Notes under the pieces: model-generated | What the model was told of the DNA's origin: nothing | What the model saw: the letters and a program-made list of their open reading frames with translations, nothing else | Databases searched by the model: none | Program-made: the position numbers and the translations under genes | Source: Pseudomonadota bacterium | Lineage (GTDB): Bacteria > Pseudomonadota > Gammaproteobacteria > Burkholderiales > SG8-39 | Reading direction: 5' to 3' | Assembly: GCA_021811085.1 (NCBI GenBank) | Contig: JAJZPQ010000006.1 | Location: 4,914-68,913, forward strand | DNA: 64,000 nt | Shown: in pieces, positions 19,108 through 28,398 of the stretch | Numbering within the stretch: position 1 is the stretch's first letter | How the letters are laid out: every line of letters begins with the position of its first letter

Positions 19108-19812
19108 ATGGTGGCGGGGTTTGCGGCCGCCTTCCTGATTGGACTTCTGGGCGGCGTCCATTGCGTCGGCATGTGCGGCGGCATAGTCGGCGCGTTCACG
19201 GTGCAACTGCGACAAAACCGCCAGCGCACATGGGACTTGCATCTGGCGTACAACGCGGGGCGCATCGTGAGTTATGGCGCGGCCGGGGCAATCATGGGCA
19301 TGATCGGCGGCGCCGGGTTGTTGTTCAGCCACATCCTGCCGATGCAGCTGCTGCTCTACCTGCTGGCGAACCTCGTGCTGGTCGGTTTGGGCCTGTATCT
19401 TGCCGGGCTGGGCAATCAACTGGCCCGGGTGGAGGCGCTGGGTGCGTGGCTGTGGCGCCGGATTCAACCGTACGGCGCCAGACTCCTGCCCGCCGACACG
19501 CTAGCCAAGGCCTTCGCGCTGGGCAGCTTGTGGGGCTGGCTGCCCTGCGGCCTGGTGTACGGCATGCTTGCGACCGCTTTGGTGAGCGGCGGGGCCGCCA
19601 GCGGCGCTGCTGTGATGCTCGCGTTCGGCCTGGGCACGTTGCCGAATCTGCTGCTGGCGGGGATGGCGTTCAAGCGTTTGCGCGACTTTACTTCCCATCG
19701 GCGCGTCAAGCTGGCCGCCGGCCTGCTGGTCGCGGGATTCGGCTTCGCCGGTTTGGCCAAAGCCGCTCATTTGGGCGAGCATATCCGCCAGGGCTTGTTG
19801 TGTATCATGTGA
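19108..19812 (+). CDS. DsbD_2 / TauE-SafE-like integral membrane protein
   Basis: 234 aa and polytopic. GGVHCVGMCGG and WGWLPCGLVYG motifs resemble the membrane proteins commonly encoded next to hemN/cco accessory genes. Confidence 0.6.
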   Translation: MVAGFAAAFLIGLLGGVHCVGMCGGIVGAFTVQLRQNRQRTWDLHLAYNAGRIVSYGAAGAIMGMIGGAGLLFSHILPMQLLLYLLANLVLVGLGLYLAGLGNQLARVEALGAWLWRRIQPYGARLLPADTLAKAFALGSLWGWLPCGLVYGMLATALVSGGAASGAAVMLAFGLGTLPNLLLAGMAFKRLRDFTSHRRVKLAAGLLVAGFGFAGLAKAAHLGEHIRQGLLCIM

Positions 19813-19841
19813 TCAGAGCTTTCAACGTATAGGAGCATAAC

Positions 19842-20276
19842 GTGACCAAAATATTGATCGCAGTCGACGGATCCTCGCATTCGGCCAAGGTGGCCAAGGC
19901 GGCGATCCGGCAGGCCGCCGCGTGCCGGCAGACGCCGGAATTGCACCTGATCTATGTACATCTGCCGGTTCCGACCCTAGGCGGCCTGATCAGACCTGTC
20001 GGCCACGAAGCGCTGCAGCGTTACTATCGCGAGGAAGGCGAGGACGCCTTGCGCGGCGCGAAGAAACTGTTCGATCGCGCCAAGCTGAAGTGCAGCCTGC
20101 ATATCATGGTCGGGCCGATCGCGGAGAGCCTGGTGGGCGAGGCGAAAAAACTGAAATGCGACCTGATCATCATGGGCACGCACGGCATGGGCGCGGTGTC
20201 GGGGATGCTGCTCGGGTCGATCGCGACGAAGACGGTGCACCTTGCGCATTGCCCGGTGATGCTGATCCGGCAATAA
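19842..20276 (+). CDS. universal stress protein (UspA family)
   Basis: MTKILIAVDGSSHS...DLIIMGTHGMGAVSGMLLGSIATKTVHLAHCPVMLI. The start codon is GTG. Confidence 0.9.
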   Translation: MTKILIAVDGSSHSAKVAKAAIRQAAACRQTPELHLIYVHLPVPTLGGLIRPVGHEALQRYYREEGEDALRGAKKLFDRAKLKCSLHIMVGPIAESLVGEAKKLKCDLIIMGTHGMGAVSGMLLGSIATKTVHLAHCPVMLIRQ

Positions 20277-20299
20277 GCGCTCGCGCGCCTGGGGCAGGC

Positions 20300-21931
20300 A
20301 TGCTCGATTGGCTCAAGCAATTCGGCGCCAAGCCGGATCATCCGCTGCGCGACGCGCAGGCGGCGCAGGAAGCGCTCGCGGGTCTGCCCGAGGAGGTGTC
20401 GCTCGATACCCTGGAGCAAATCTCGCACTGGGTCGCTTCGGTCAAGGATACGCCGGGTTTTTCCTGCGACGACCGCCTGGCGGTGATGTGCCTGCTCGAC
20501 CAGGCCGCCGCCGCGCATGTCGGCCCGCTGTTCGATGAGTTCTTTCAAAAGATCCATCAGCAGGACCGGGCTGTGCGCAATATCTGGGATGCGCTGTGCG
20601 AGTACTGGGGGCGGCTCTCCGAGGGCTACGCCCAATGCGTCGCCGATTTCGAGCACGGCGAAAAGGGTGCAAAGCTCGTGGAGCCGCAGATGCCGCAGGC
20701 ACTGGCGCGCTCCCTGCGTGCGACCAGCGAGCGTTTCAAGCTGCGCTATTTGCGCTTTATCGGCATCGAGCCCAAGGCATGGGCGCCGCTGTACCGCCTG
20801 TACGCGTTCGCCGAGCTCAAGCAACTGGACGACAAGCCGGTCGTCGCCTATGTGCGTGAAGCACATACCACCGTGCGCGCCGAGTTGCAGAAGATCATGT
20901 TGTTGTACCTGGCGGCGCCGCACGAGTTTCCGCCGGTGCAGCTGGAACTCGCGTTTCGCATCCTGGCGCGGTTTGCGATCTCCGCGGATTGGTCGCGGGT
21001 GCCGCAGCCCGAGTGCAATTTCGGCTTCAATTTGGCCGGAGGCGGACCACCGGTGCTCGCGCCGGCAAAGGAGGCGCCCGGCGCAAACAAGCGCTTTGTC
21101 GGCGGCGGGCAGGCGCTGCCCAAGCTGGCCGAACTGCGCCTGTTATGCGAAAAGAACATGCTCAGCGAAGAGCAGCGTTTCGGCAAAGAGTTCTCGCCGG
21201 CGCAGATCATCACTGTGATCAAGCACCTGCAGCTCTACCTCGGCGTCGCGCCGCCACACCGGCGTTACGCGCGAATCAAAGCGGCAGCGCAGGTGAGCGT
21301 AGTGCATGGGCTCAAACCGATTTGCCAGCGCGTGACCAAGATCGAATTGGGCTCCAACGTGGCGCTCAGCGAAGACATGGCCCTCAAAGAGAAGACGTCC
21401 AACATCATGAAGCTGGTCGCGGAGGAAATCGAATCCATTCCGGAAACCTGGGTGCAACAAGACCTGAGCGAATGGGGGCTGGGCGCCGAAATACCGCCCG
21501 ATCTGGGCAAGTGGGCCGAGCCGGGCAAGCTCTGCGGCATACAGCTGCAATCAGACAAGGTGTGGTGGGTCGGCATCATCCGGCGCATGGACGCGGGTGC
21601 GGGGCTGCGCTGCGGCATACGCATATTCTCCAAGCGCCCGGTTTCCGTGTGGCTGCGGGTGATCGGTGCGGACGAACACAAGGCCGACAACTGGGCTTCG
21701 TCGACCGGGTCGTTTTCCTTCGATTACATGCGCGCGATCATGCTGCCCGATGCGCTGAAATCGCACGATCATCCGGTGATGATCCTCGAGAACAAGAGCT
21801 TCGTTCCCGGCCAATCGTGCGAGGTCATGATGGGCGAACACAGCCGCATCATCAAACTGGTGGAGTTCCTCGAGGAGGGCGAGGATTACATGCGCGCCGC
21901 ATTCGAGTGGCAGCAGGCGGACAAGGCCTGA
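20300..21931 (+). CDS. hypothetical protein (543 aa), possible degenerate PilZ-like C-terminal region
   Basis: Long ORF with coding-like composition that starts at MLDWLKQFGAK. I recognise no family. RRYAR (21260-21274) and DLSEWG (21461-21478) resemble the RxxxR / DxSxxG PilZ signatures, but the spacer is atypical at about 67 aa. Confidence 0.6.
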   Translation: MLDWLKQFGAKPDHPLRDAQAAQEALAGLPEEVSLDTLEQISHWVASVKDTPGFSCDDRLAVMCLLDQAAAAHVGPLFDEFFQKIHQQDRAVRNIWDALCEYWGRLSEGYAQCVADFEHGEKGAKLVEPQMPQALARSLRATSERFKLRYLRFIGIEPKAWAPLYRLYAFAELKQLDDKPVVAYVREAHTTVRAELQKIMLLYLAAPHEFPPVQLELAFRILARFAISADWSRVPQPECNFGFNLAGGGPPVLAPAKEAPGANKRFVGGGQALPKLAELRLLCEKNMLSEEQRFGKEFSPAQIITVIKHLQLYLGVAPPHRRYARIKAAAQVSVVHGLKPICQRVTKIELGSNVALSEDMALKEKTSNIMKLVAEEIESIPETWVQQDLSEWGLGAEIPPDLGKWAEPGKLCGIQLQSDKVWWVGIIRRMDAGAGLRCGIRIFSKRPVSVWLRVIGADEHKADNWASSTGSFSFDYMRAIMLPDALKSHDHPVMILENKSFVPGQSCEVMMGEHSRIIKLVEFLEEGEDYMRAAFEWQQADKA

Positions 21932-22036
21932 AATGCCGCAACAGCGGCGCGCCGCGAGCCGATTGCCGCACGCCGGCGGCCGAGTATTTGCGCGTATAAT
22001 GACGCATTCCAACTCGATCCAGAAAGAATCCCGCCG

Positions 22037-22402
22037 ATGAGAACAGTACCCGTATTGCTTGCCTTGGCTGTTTTTTCCGCTTACGCCGGCGCCCAGCCGC
22101 TGCCCGCCGGGCACCCCGGTGTGGGTCCGAGTGCGGCGGAGAAGGGCGCAGCCGCGGCGCAGTTGCCGCAAAAGGCCAAAGTCCTCAGCACGATCGCTGC
22201 GGCGCCGTATATCTACCTTGAGGTGAAGCAGGACAAGAAAACGCTGTGGCTCGCCGCCAACGCCGTGCCGGTGAAAAAAGGCGATGTGATCCGCTTCGAC
22301 AAGGGCATGGAAATGACCAACTTCCACAGCAAGACGCTGAACCGCACTTTCCCCAGCGTGCTGTTCGTCAACAGCGTGGTCGTCACCAAAGAAAAGGAAT
22401 AG
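22037..22402 (+). CDS. small exported protein of unknown function
   Basis: Signal peptide MRTVPVLLALAVFSAYAGA and 121 aa in total. The conserved-looking core is YIYLEVKQDKKTLWLAANAVPVKKGDVIRF..MEMTNFHSKTLNRTF. Confidence 0.6.
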   Translation: MRTVPVLLALAVFSAYAGAQPLPAGHPGVGPSAAEKGAAAAQLPQKAKVLSTIAAAPYIYLEVKQDKKTLWLAANAVPVKKGDVIRFDKGMEMTNFHSKTLNRTFPSVLFVNSVVVTKEKE

Positions 22403-22469
22403 GGCTGCGCGCGCCCGCCGGCGAGGCAGTCAAGCGGGCAGGCCGCGCCGCGTGGACGCAGGCGGTGAC

Positions 22470-23141
22470 ATGACAGCGGACAAAGCAGCGCAGATCTGGC
22501 GCTCCAGGCTCACCAAACACGGTCTCGATGAGGTGCGCAAACTGGCCGCAGTGCGGCCGCTGCGGTCGCGCGCGCGGCGTTTCATCTTTCTGCGCCACGG
22601 GGAAACCGAGGGCAATGCGCGGCGCGTTTATCAGCCGCCCGAAATTCCGCTGAATCCGACCGGATTGGCGCAGGCCAGGCGTGCCGCCGAATATCTGCGG
22701 GCGCACCCGGTCGAACGCATACTGGCGAGCGATATGCGCCGCGCCTGGCAGACGGCGCAGGCTGCGGCAGAGGTCGTGCGCGCGCCGGTGATTGCGGAAC
22801 CGCGCCTGCGCGAGAGATGGTTCGGCGATCTGATCGGCAAGTCTTCGGAGAACCTCGATTGGCGCGTGGAGCCGCCCAACGGCGAGTCATTGCGCGATTT
22901 TATCGAGCGCACCCAGGCAGGATTCAACGACGCCCTGGATAACGAAGCATCCACGCTGCTGGTCGCCCACGGCGGCCCGCTGTACGTGCTGGTTTTCAGC
23001 CTCGGCGCCGATTTGCTGGAGCAGCACATCGCCAACGCTACTCCGCTGTTGTTCGAATACGAAGCGCAGGCGGGCAGCTGGCGCATCAGCAATCTCGCGC
23101 CCGCACAGGTCACCGCAGGCTATCGCACCACTGCGAACTGA
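22470..23141 (+). CDS. histidine phosphatase family protein (phosphoglycerate mutase-like)
   Basis: Catalytic RHGE motif in FIFLRHGETEGN, with a downstream His in LLVAHGGPL. Confidence 0.8.
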   Translation: MTADKAAQIWRSRLTKHGLDEVRKLAAVRPLRSRARRFIFLRHGETEGNARRVYQPPEIPLNPTGLAQARRAAEYLRAHPVERILASDMRRAWQTAQAAAEVVRAPVIAEPRLRERWFGDLIGKSSENLDWRVEPPNGESLRDFIERTQAGFNDALDNEASTLLVAHGGPLYVLVFSLGADLLEQHIANATPLLFEYEAQAGSWRISNLAPAQVTAGYRTTAN

Positions 23142-23155
23142 ACCGCGGCGCCGCC

Positions 23156-23719
23156 CTAGAACAGGTGTACTGCGGTCGGCGCGAAAAATCCGAGGCTGCA
23201 GAACACGATCCCGACCAGCCCGAGCCCGCCAGCAATCCAAGTGAGCAGGACGACGCCGGTGATGATTTCGGCCGATGCGAGCACGATGGCGATCTGGAGC
23301 GCGGCCGAGGCAATCTCGTAATTGTGGTAGGCAGCGAGCGAGCGATCGCGCTGGTCCTCAGCGGTCTTTGCGCGCGCGGCGAGTTCTTTTCGTCCTTCTT
23401 GCGTTTGCGGCTCCGACTCGTAGCGGGCAATCCCTGCCTTCCAGTCGGCGATGCGCTTTTGCATGGCCTCTCTTTGCTCAGGACGGGAGACCTGCGCCAA
23501 TTCCACTTCGAGCGCTTCTGCCGCGGTGCGCAGCGTAGTGCTGCGTATGGTCTTCGCCTGGAAGAAGGTCCACAGGTTGGAAGCATGGATGTTGTGGCTT
23601 AGCGCAGCTGTTTGTGCACCCTTGCCCAAGGTCTCGGCAAACGCGAGCACCAAGGCGAGGATGGAAATCAGCAGCGCGATTTTCTTGTTGGACGGGTCTA
23701 CGTGGCCGTGTCCGGACAT
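23156..23719 (-). CDS. DUF4337-like membrane-anchored protein
   Basis: MSGHGHVDPSNKKIALLISILALVLAFAETLGKGAQT...HASNLWTFFQAKTIR, with a C-terminal TM segment. The family was recognised from memory. Confidence 0.6.
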   Translation of the reverse strand: MSGHGHVDPSNKKIALLISILALVLAFAETLGKGAQTAALSHNIHASNLWTFFQAKTIRSTTLRTAAEALEVELAQVSRPEQREAMQKRIADWKAGIARYESEPQTQEGRKELAARAKTAEDQRDRSLAAYHNYEIASAALQIAIVLASAEIITGVVLLTWIAGGLGLVGIVFCSLGFFAPTAVHLF

Positions 23720-23921
23720 ATTGCATGGCTCCAATCAACGTTTGGTACGAAATACAAGGTACGAGGCCGCTGCGGCAATTTGCAGACGGGTTGCAAGTTT
23801 ATCAGGCGGCGGCCAGGCCGGAGGCGGGGGATGCTGACAAGCCCGGAAAACGCGGTCGGAATCCGTCGTATCGTCTGCGTGGGATATAATCGGCGCGTCG
23901 TTCGCGAACAAGGAGCGCTCC

Positions 23922-24209
23922 ATGTCTAGTGTCGGTTATCACGAGCCAGTCGAGGAATTGTCCGATGAGACGCGCGATATGCACAGGGCAATCGTGTCGT
24001 TGATGGAGGAGCTGGAGGCGGTCGATTGGTACAACCAGCGCGCTGACGCGTGCAAGGACAAAGAACTCAAGGCGATCCTCGCGCACAATCGCGACGAGGA
24101 AAAAGAACATGCCTCGATGGTGCTGGAATGGATCCGGCGCAAGGATCCGGCGTTTTCGAAGGAGCTGAAGGATTACCTGTTCACCGACAAGGCCATCGCG
24201 CACAAGTAA
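23922..24209 (+). CDS. EncFtn-type (encapsulated-ferritin-like) ferritin-like protein lacking a C-terminal extension
   Basis: HRAIVSLMEELEAVDWYNQRADACKDKELKAILAHNRDEEKEHASMVLEWIRR closely matches the EncFtn core as I remember it from Rhodospirillum rubrum, and the Glu/His metal ligands are conserved. The protein is 95 aa and ends 8 aa after YLFT. Confidence 0.8.
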   Translation: MSSVGYHEPVEELSDETRDMHRAIVSLMEELEAVDWYNQRADACKDKELKAILAHNRDEEKEHASMVLEWIRRKDPAFSKELKDYLFTDKAIAHK

Positions 24210-24337
24210 TTGCGCTTAGGGCTGTTGCAGAACGGGGGGAGAGGCCCCGAAGGTCTCGATCCCCCTCGAGGGGAAAGCCCTCCGGGGGCGGGTGGAGGAT
24301 GCCGGAAACTTGGTTTTCAGCGGCGCCTGCGTCGCGA

Positions 24338-24490
24338 TTAAAGATGCAGATTGCCCGCGCCGAAAAGTCCGATCAAGCCGATGACAATCAAATACAGCGC
24401 GACGATGTAATTGAGCAGCCGCGGAATGATCAGGATCAGAATCCCGGCGATCAGCGATACCAGGGGAGCAAGCGCCAAGGTGATGTTCAT
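24338..24490 (-). CDS. DUF3096-like small membrane protein (50 aa)
   Basis: Hand translation gives MNITLALAPLVSLIAGILILIIPRLLNYIVALYLIVIGLIGLFGAGNLHL. A GGA-rich RBS lies upstream. The ORF is below the track cutoff. Confidence 0.55.
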   Translation of the reverse strand: MNITLALAPLVSLIAGILILIIPRLLNYIVALYLIVIGLIGLFGAGNLHL

Positions 24491-24720
24491 GGAGTAATCC
24501 TTTCTTCAGAGAAGGCGATGCGCGAAGTGCCGGGGTTCGGCCTTGCGTCGGTCGTACGCCATGTCAACATTTACGCCGAAGATGAGGCCGGCACCGTACG
24601 CTCCCGCACATAGCAGCATCGGTTGCTTGGCGGAAAAGGTTGCACGGATATGAAAAAAGCCGGAAACCCTTGCTGCTGCTTGGTCTTCCGGCTTCTGGCG
24701 AACTTCTTTGAAGGTTCGGA

Positions 24721-24795
24721 TGGTGGGCGATACTGGGATCGAACCAGTGACTTCCACCGTGTGAAGGTGGCACTCTACCGCTGAGTTAACCGCCC
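24721..24795 (-). tRNA. tRNA-Val (anticodon CAC)
   Basis: The reverse complement GGGCGGTTAACTCAGCGGTAGAGTGCCACCTTCACACGGTGGAAGTCACTGGTTCGATCCCAGTATCGCCCACCA folds as a cloverleaf. The anticodon loop is TTCACAC, and the CCA end is encoded. Confidence 0.9.
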
Positions 24796-24891
24796 GGCCG
24801 AGTGCGGATTTAATCACATACGGCCGCTCCCGGTCAATTCGAAAGCCGGTGTAATCCAGTAAAATGCGAGCTTTATGCAGCCGGCCTTCCC

Positions 24892-26292
24892 ATGATCCGC
24901 ACCCGTTTCGCTCCCAGTCCCACTGGTTATCTGCACGTAGGCGGCGCGCGCACCGCGCTGTTTTCCTGGGCCTACGCGCGCAAGCACGGCGGCAAGTTCG
25001 TGCTGCGCATCGAGGACACCGACCTGGAACGCTCCACCGAAGCCTCGGTGAACGCGATCATCGAGGGCATGAAGTGGCTGGGCCTGGATTGGGACGAAGG
25101 GCCGTTCCGGCAGATGCAGCGCCTGGCGCGCTACCGCGAAGTGGCGGAACAGCTGCTCGCCGCGGATAAGGCCTACTGGTGCTATGCGAGCAAGGACGAG
25201 CTCGAGCAGATGCGCGAGCAGCAGCGGGCGCGCGGCGCGAAGCCGCGCTACGATGGCCGCTGGCGCCCGGAGAATGCGAAAGCGGCGGGATTGAAGCCGC
25301 CGGCGGGCGTCAAGCCGGTGCTGCGCTTTCGCAACCCGGACGCGGGCGCGGTGACGTTCATCGACCTGGTGAAGGGGCCGATCACCGTCGCGAACGCCGA
25401 GCTCGACGATCTGGTGATCCTGCGCGCCGACGGCGTGCCCACCTACAATTTTGGCGTGGTGGTGGACGACCTCGACATGGGCATCACCCACGTGATTCGC
25501 GGTGACGACCATGTCAACAACACGCCGCGCCAGGTGAACATATTCCAGGCGCTCGACGCGCCGCTACCGCAGTTCGCGCATGCGCCGATGATCCTCGGCG
25601 CCGATGGCGAGCGTTTGTCCAAGCGCCACGGCGCGGTCTCGGTGATGCAGTACCCGGAGGACGGCTATCTGCCCGAGGCGCTGTTCAACTATCTCGCGCG
25701 CTTGGGCTGGAGCCACGGCGACGCGGAGAAATTCACGCGCGAGCAGTTCGTCGAATGGTTCGACCTCGCGCATGTGAGCAAGTCGACTGCCCAGTTCGAC
25801 ATGGCCAAGCTGGCCTGGCTCAACCACGATTACATCAAGCAGGCGGACCCCGCGCGCCTGGCCGAGTTGGCGGGGCCGCGCATAGAGCGCGACGGTGGCA
25901 GACTGGCCGACGGACCGGCACTGGTGGAAGTGGTGAAATTGCTCAAGGATCGCGCCACCACGCTGGAGCATATGGCCGAGGCGGCGATGATGTTCTACCG
26001 GCACATGGAACCAAGCAAGGCGCTTATTGCCGAACATCTGACGCCGGAGGTGATGCCCGCCGTGCGCGAACTCGCGAGCAGCCTGGAGCGGGTCGAGTGG
26101 CAACGCTTGAAACTGAACGAGGCGGTGAAAGCGGTGGTCGCCAAATTCGGCCACAAAATGCCCAGGATCGCGATGCCGCTGCGGGTGATGCTGCTCGGGC
26201 AGACGCAGACGCCGTCGATCGACGCGGTGATGGAGGTTTTAGGGCGCGAGGCGGTACTGGCGCGGCTGCAACCCTATCTCGCGGAAAGCTGA
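24892..26292 (+). CDS. gltX: glutamate--tRNA ligase
   Basis: [24 protein letters not shown] carries the HIGH-type motif, and RLSKRHG is the KMSKS-type motif. Length is 466 aa. Confidence 0.95.
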   Translation: MIRTRFAPSPTGYLHVGGARTALFSWAYARKHGGKFVLRIEDTDLERSTEASVNAIIEGMKWLGLDWDEGPFRQMQRLARYREVAEQLLAADKAYWCYASKDELEQMREQQRARGAKPRYDGRWRPENAKAAGLKPPAGVKPVLRFRNPDAGAVTFIDLVKGPITVANAELDDLVILRADGVPTYNFGVVVDDLDMGITHVIRGDDHVNNTPRQVNIFQALDAPLPQFAHAPMILGADGERLSKRHGAVSVMQYPEDGYLPEALFNYLARLGWSHGDAEKFTREQFVEWFDLAHVSKSTAQFDMAKLAWLNHDYIKQADPARLAELAGPRIERDGGRLADGPALVEVVKLLKDRATTLEHMAEAAMMFYRHMEPSKALIAEHLTPEVMPAVRELASSLERVEWQRLKLNEAVKAVVAKFGHKMPRIAMPLRVMLLGQTQTPSIDAVMEVLGREAVLARLQPYLAES

Positions 26293-26341
26293 GCCGCCTT
26301 TACACGCGAGGGCGCAAACCGGTATAATTCGCGCCTTTCGT

Positions 26342-26417
<76 letters not shown>

Positions 26418-26454
26418 CACCGACCGGCAATTCTGGTTAGCACCAAGCCCTTTA

Positions 26455-26530
26455 GTCCCCATCGTCTAGAGGCCTAGGACATCACCCTTTCACGGTGAGT
26501 ACGGGGGTTCGAATCCCCCTGGGGACGCCA
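26455..26530 (+). tRNA. tRNA-Glu (anticodon UUC)
   Basis: GTCCCCATCGTCTAGAGGCCTAGGACATCACCCTTTCACGGTGAGTACGGGGGTTCGAATCCCCCTGGGGACGCCA has the anticodon loop CTTTCAC. Confidence 0.9.
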
Positions 26531-27229
26531 ATTTAATCAAATAGTTAAGGCGCGCTAGGCGCTAAGCTGCAGCCCCGTGCCAAATTGGTGCCAAACACGC
26601 GGCGCAAAAGTTGCCTCGCCCATCATCTCAGAGGGCACTCCTTTGTTCCATGTTGGCAGCGACGCATGGTCCGCCCGCAGCGCGAGCGAGGACGGACGCG
26701 TCGGCGATGCTGTGGCCCTAGGCACCCATGCTCATCCTTGCCTGTCGCATGCCTCTGCCTGTACCGTCATGGCGTTTCCCATTACCGTGGCGTGCGGCTG
26801 CGTGCGAGAGAAACGCCGCCCGCACGCCACCGTGGAAAACGCCGCAGATCTTTAGTTTGTCGTGTTGACGCTTGACACCTCCACTTTTGTGGATCACGAA
26901 CGTGCAGTCTTCCTGCGATCAGACTGCAGCAGGGTCGCAGTCGGCCTGCAGTCCTTTTGCAGTTTATTCGCCGTCTTTACGATAACCGCCATTGTTCTCT
27001 CTCAATTCTGATTCATCGGGTTTTGCCACCTTCTGGTTGCTGCCTTGATGCTGCTGGTGTGTAATGCCTGTCAGGTTAGTGTTTCTGTCCGTCTCGCCTG
27101 CTCAGCAGAGCGAGATCTACGAGGGACGCGGGACACCACTCCCGTTTCGTGCCGTTTGCTTTGCTGCTTGCCGCCGCGGCACGCGGCATTGGCGTCGATG
27201 GCGCTCCCTGTGGGAAGTCGATCCGTCGA

Positions 27230-27830
27230 GTTGAGCCATAACCCAAGGCTCGGGGGTGCGCGGGTTGCGCGCGAGATCAAACGACGCCCGTCGGGAACGG
27301 GCAGAGGGACGAACCGCATTGCGCGGTTGCTCGGTGTGATGCGCCAGGGAGCTCATCACTGGGTCGCGGAACGGGGAATATCGGCTGGAGAAGCCCGCCG
27401 ATATTGGTTCCGCACGCAGCGTCACTACCGGCTGGCGCCGGGGTAGTGACGCTGCGATTGGCGCAGATGGTTGACGCACACGGACAGCAGGTTGTTTGGC
27501 GCAGGTATCACGACGGACGAAGCCGCCGCGATCCATTGGCGCAGACCCGCTACGAGCTTACGAGCGCGATAAAGACTGCCGCAGCTTTCAACGGACTGAA
27601 ACAGCATTTACGGTGCCGGGACGAAGCCGCCCAGGCGAGAGGTACAAGCTTACGATTATCACCAGCCCTGCGGCCACCGGATCTCAGGGGATCTGTCCGG
27701 TTTCAGGCGCTCTTGCGAGCAAAGGCGATGCGCTAACGGGCATCAACCGGGCTGACTCAGCCAGCGTGAAAATTCTATTCGACGAACCGCGCGGGCGACT
27801 TGCTTCAATCGGCGCTGATCGCTCCTGTCC
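27230..27830 (+). pseudogene. possible heavily decayed IS3-family OrfB transposase remnant
   Basis: There are only weak echoes, spread over three frames: ..GRGTNRIARLLGVMRQ.., ..QTRYELTS..FNGLKQ.., ..KILFDEPRGRLASIG.. (compare FYNxxRxHSSLG). No intact ORF is present. Confidence 0.25.
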
Positions 27831-28139
27831 TTGCATCACAGGACCACACGGATCAACGAACGACAGGCCCCGCAGTTGACGGTGTGACCGCGACGACCTC
27901 TGCGAGTTCCATGCGCTACTACAAAATATTCACGCCGAGGTGTTTGCACTGCTAACACCTGATGCGATCGACTGGCGAGCGCGCAACGACTTCCCGCGCC
28001 GTCGGTATGTGCGCCCCTTTGCCAAACACAAGTGTCAAGCCGAATCGTGGCCTCGACGAAGCCATGAATCGGGGAGACAGCACGGCCGCGCCATGGAAAT
28101 ATGACTCCTCATTCCGCTACGAGCGATGAGGTGACAAAC

Positions 28140-28364
28140 ATGTCCGATCAATACCAGCAAGGGCTATCCATTCTTCGACGTAAGCAGGTCGAAGCCCGCA
28201 CGGGGCTTGCGCGCAGCACGATTTATCACCACATCAAGGCCGGCACATTTCCGCGACCGATCCCTCTCGGTCCCCGCGCGGTCGGGTGGCTCGAATCCGA
28301 CGTGAGCAACTGGATCGCCGAGCGGGTACGGATGGCGCGCGACGGTGCCAATCGCTCTGTTTGA
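28140..28364 (+). CDS. alpA: AlpA family phage/island regulatory protein (MerR-like HTH)
   Basis: MSDQYQQGLSILRRKQVEARTGLARSTIYHHIKAGTFPRPIPLGPRAVGWLESDVSNWI. A GAGG RBS lies 8 nt upstream. Confidence 0.8.
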   Translation: MSDQYQQGLSILRRKQVEARTGLARSTIYHHIKAGTFPRPIPLGPRAVGWLESDVSNWIAERVRMARDGANRSV

Positions 28365-28398
28365 TCGGATGCGCCTGGGGCAGTGGCACGAGGATGGC

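Noticed and set aside
24210-24337. The GC-rich palindromic stretch after the EncFtn gene as a riboswitch or a degraded encapsulin start
   Set aside because: It is too short and contains no ORF. Its features (a 12-bp perfect palindrome, G/C runs) are adequately explained as a bidirectional terminator region between convergent genes.
26577-27879. ORFs 26577..26855, 26585..26875, 27045..27446, 27117..27536(-), 27404..27736 and 27496..27879 as genes
   Set aside because: They overlap one another, lack RBSs and recognisable domains, and have biased Arg/Ser/Cys composition. I treat them as non-coding debris, with possible IS3 relics noted at low confidence.
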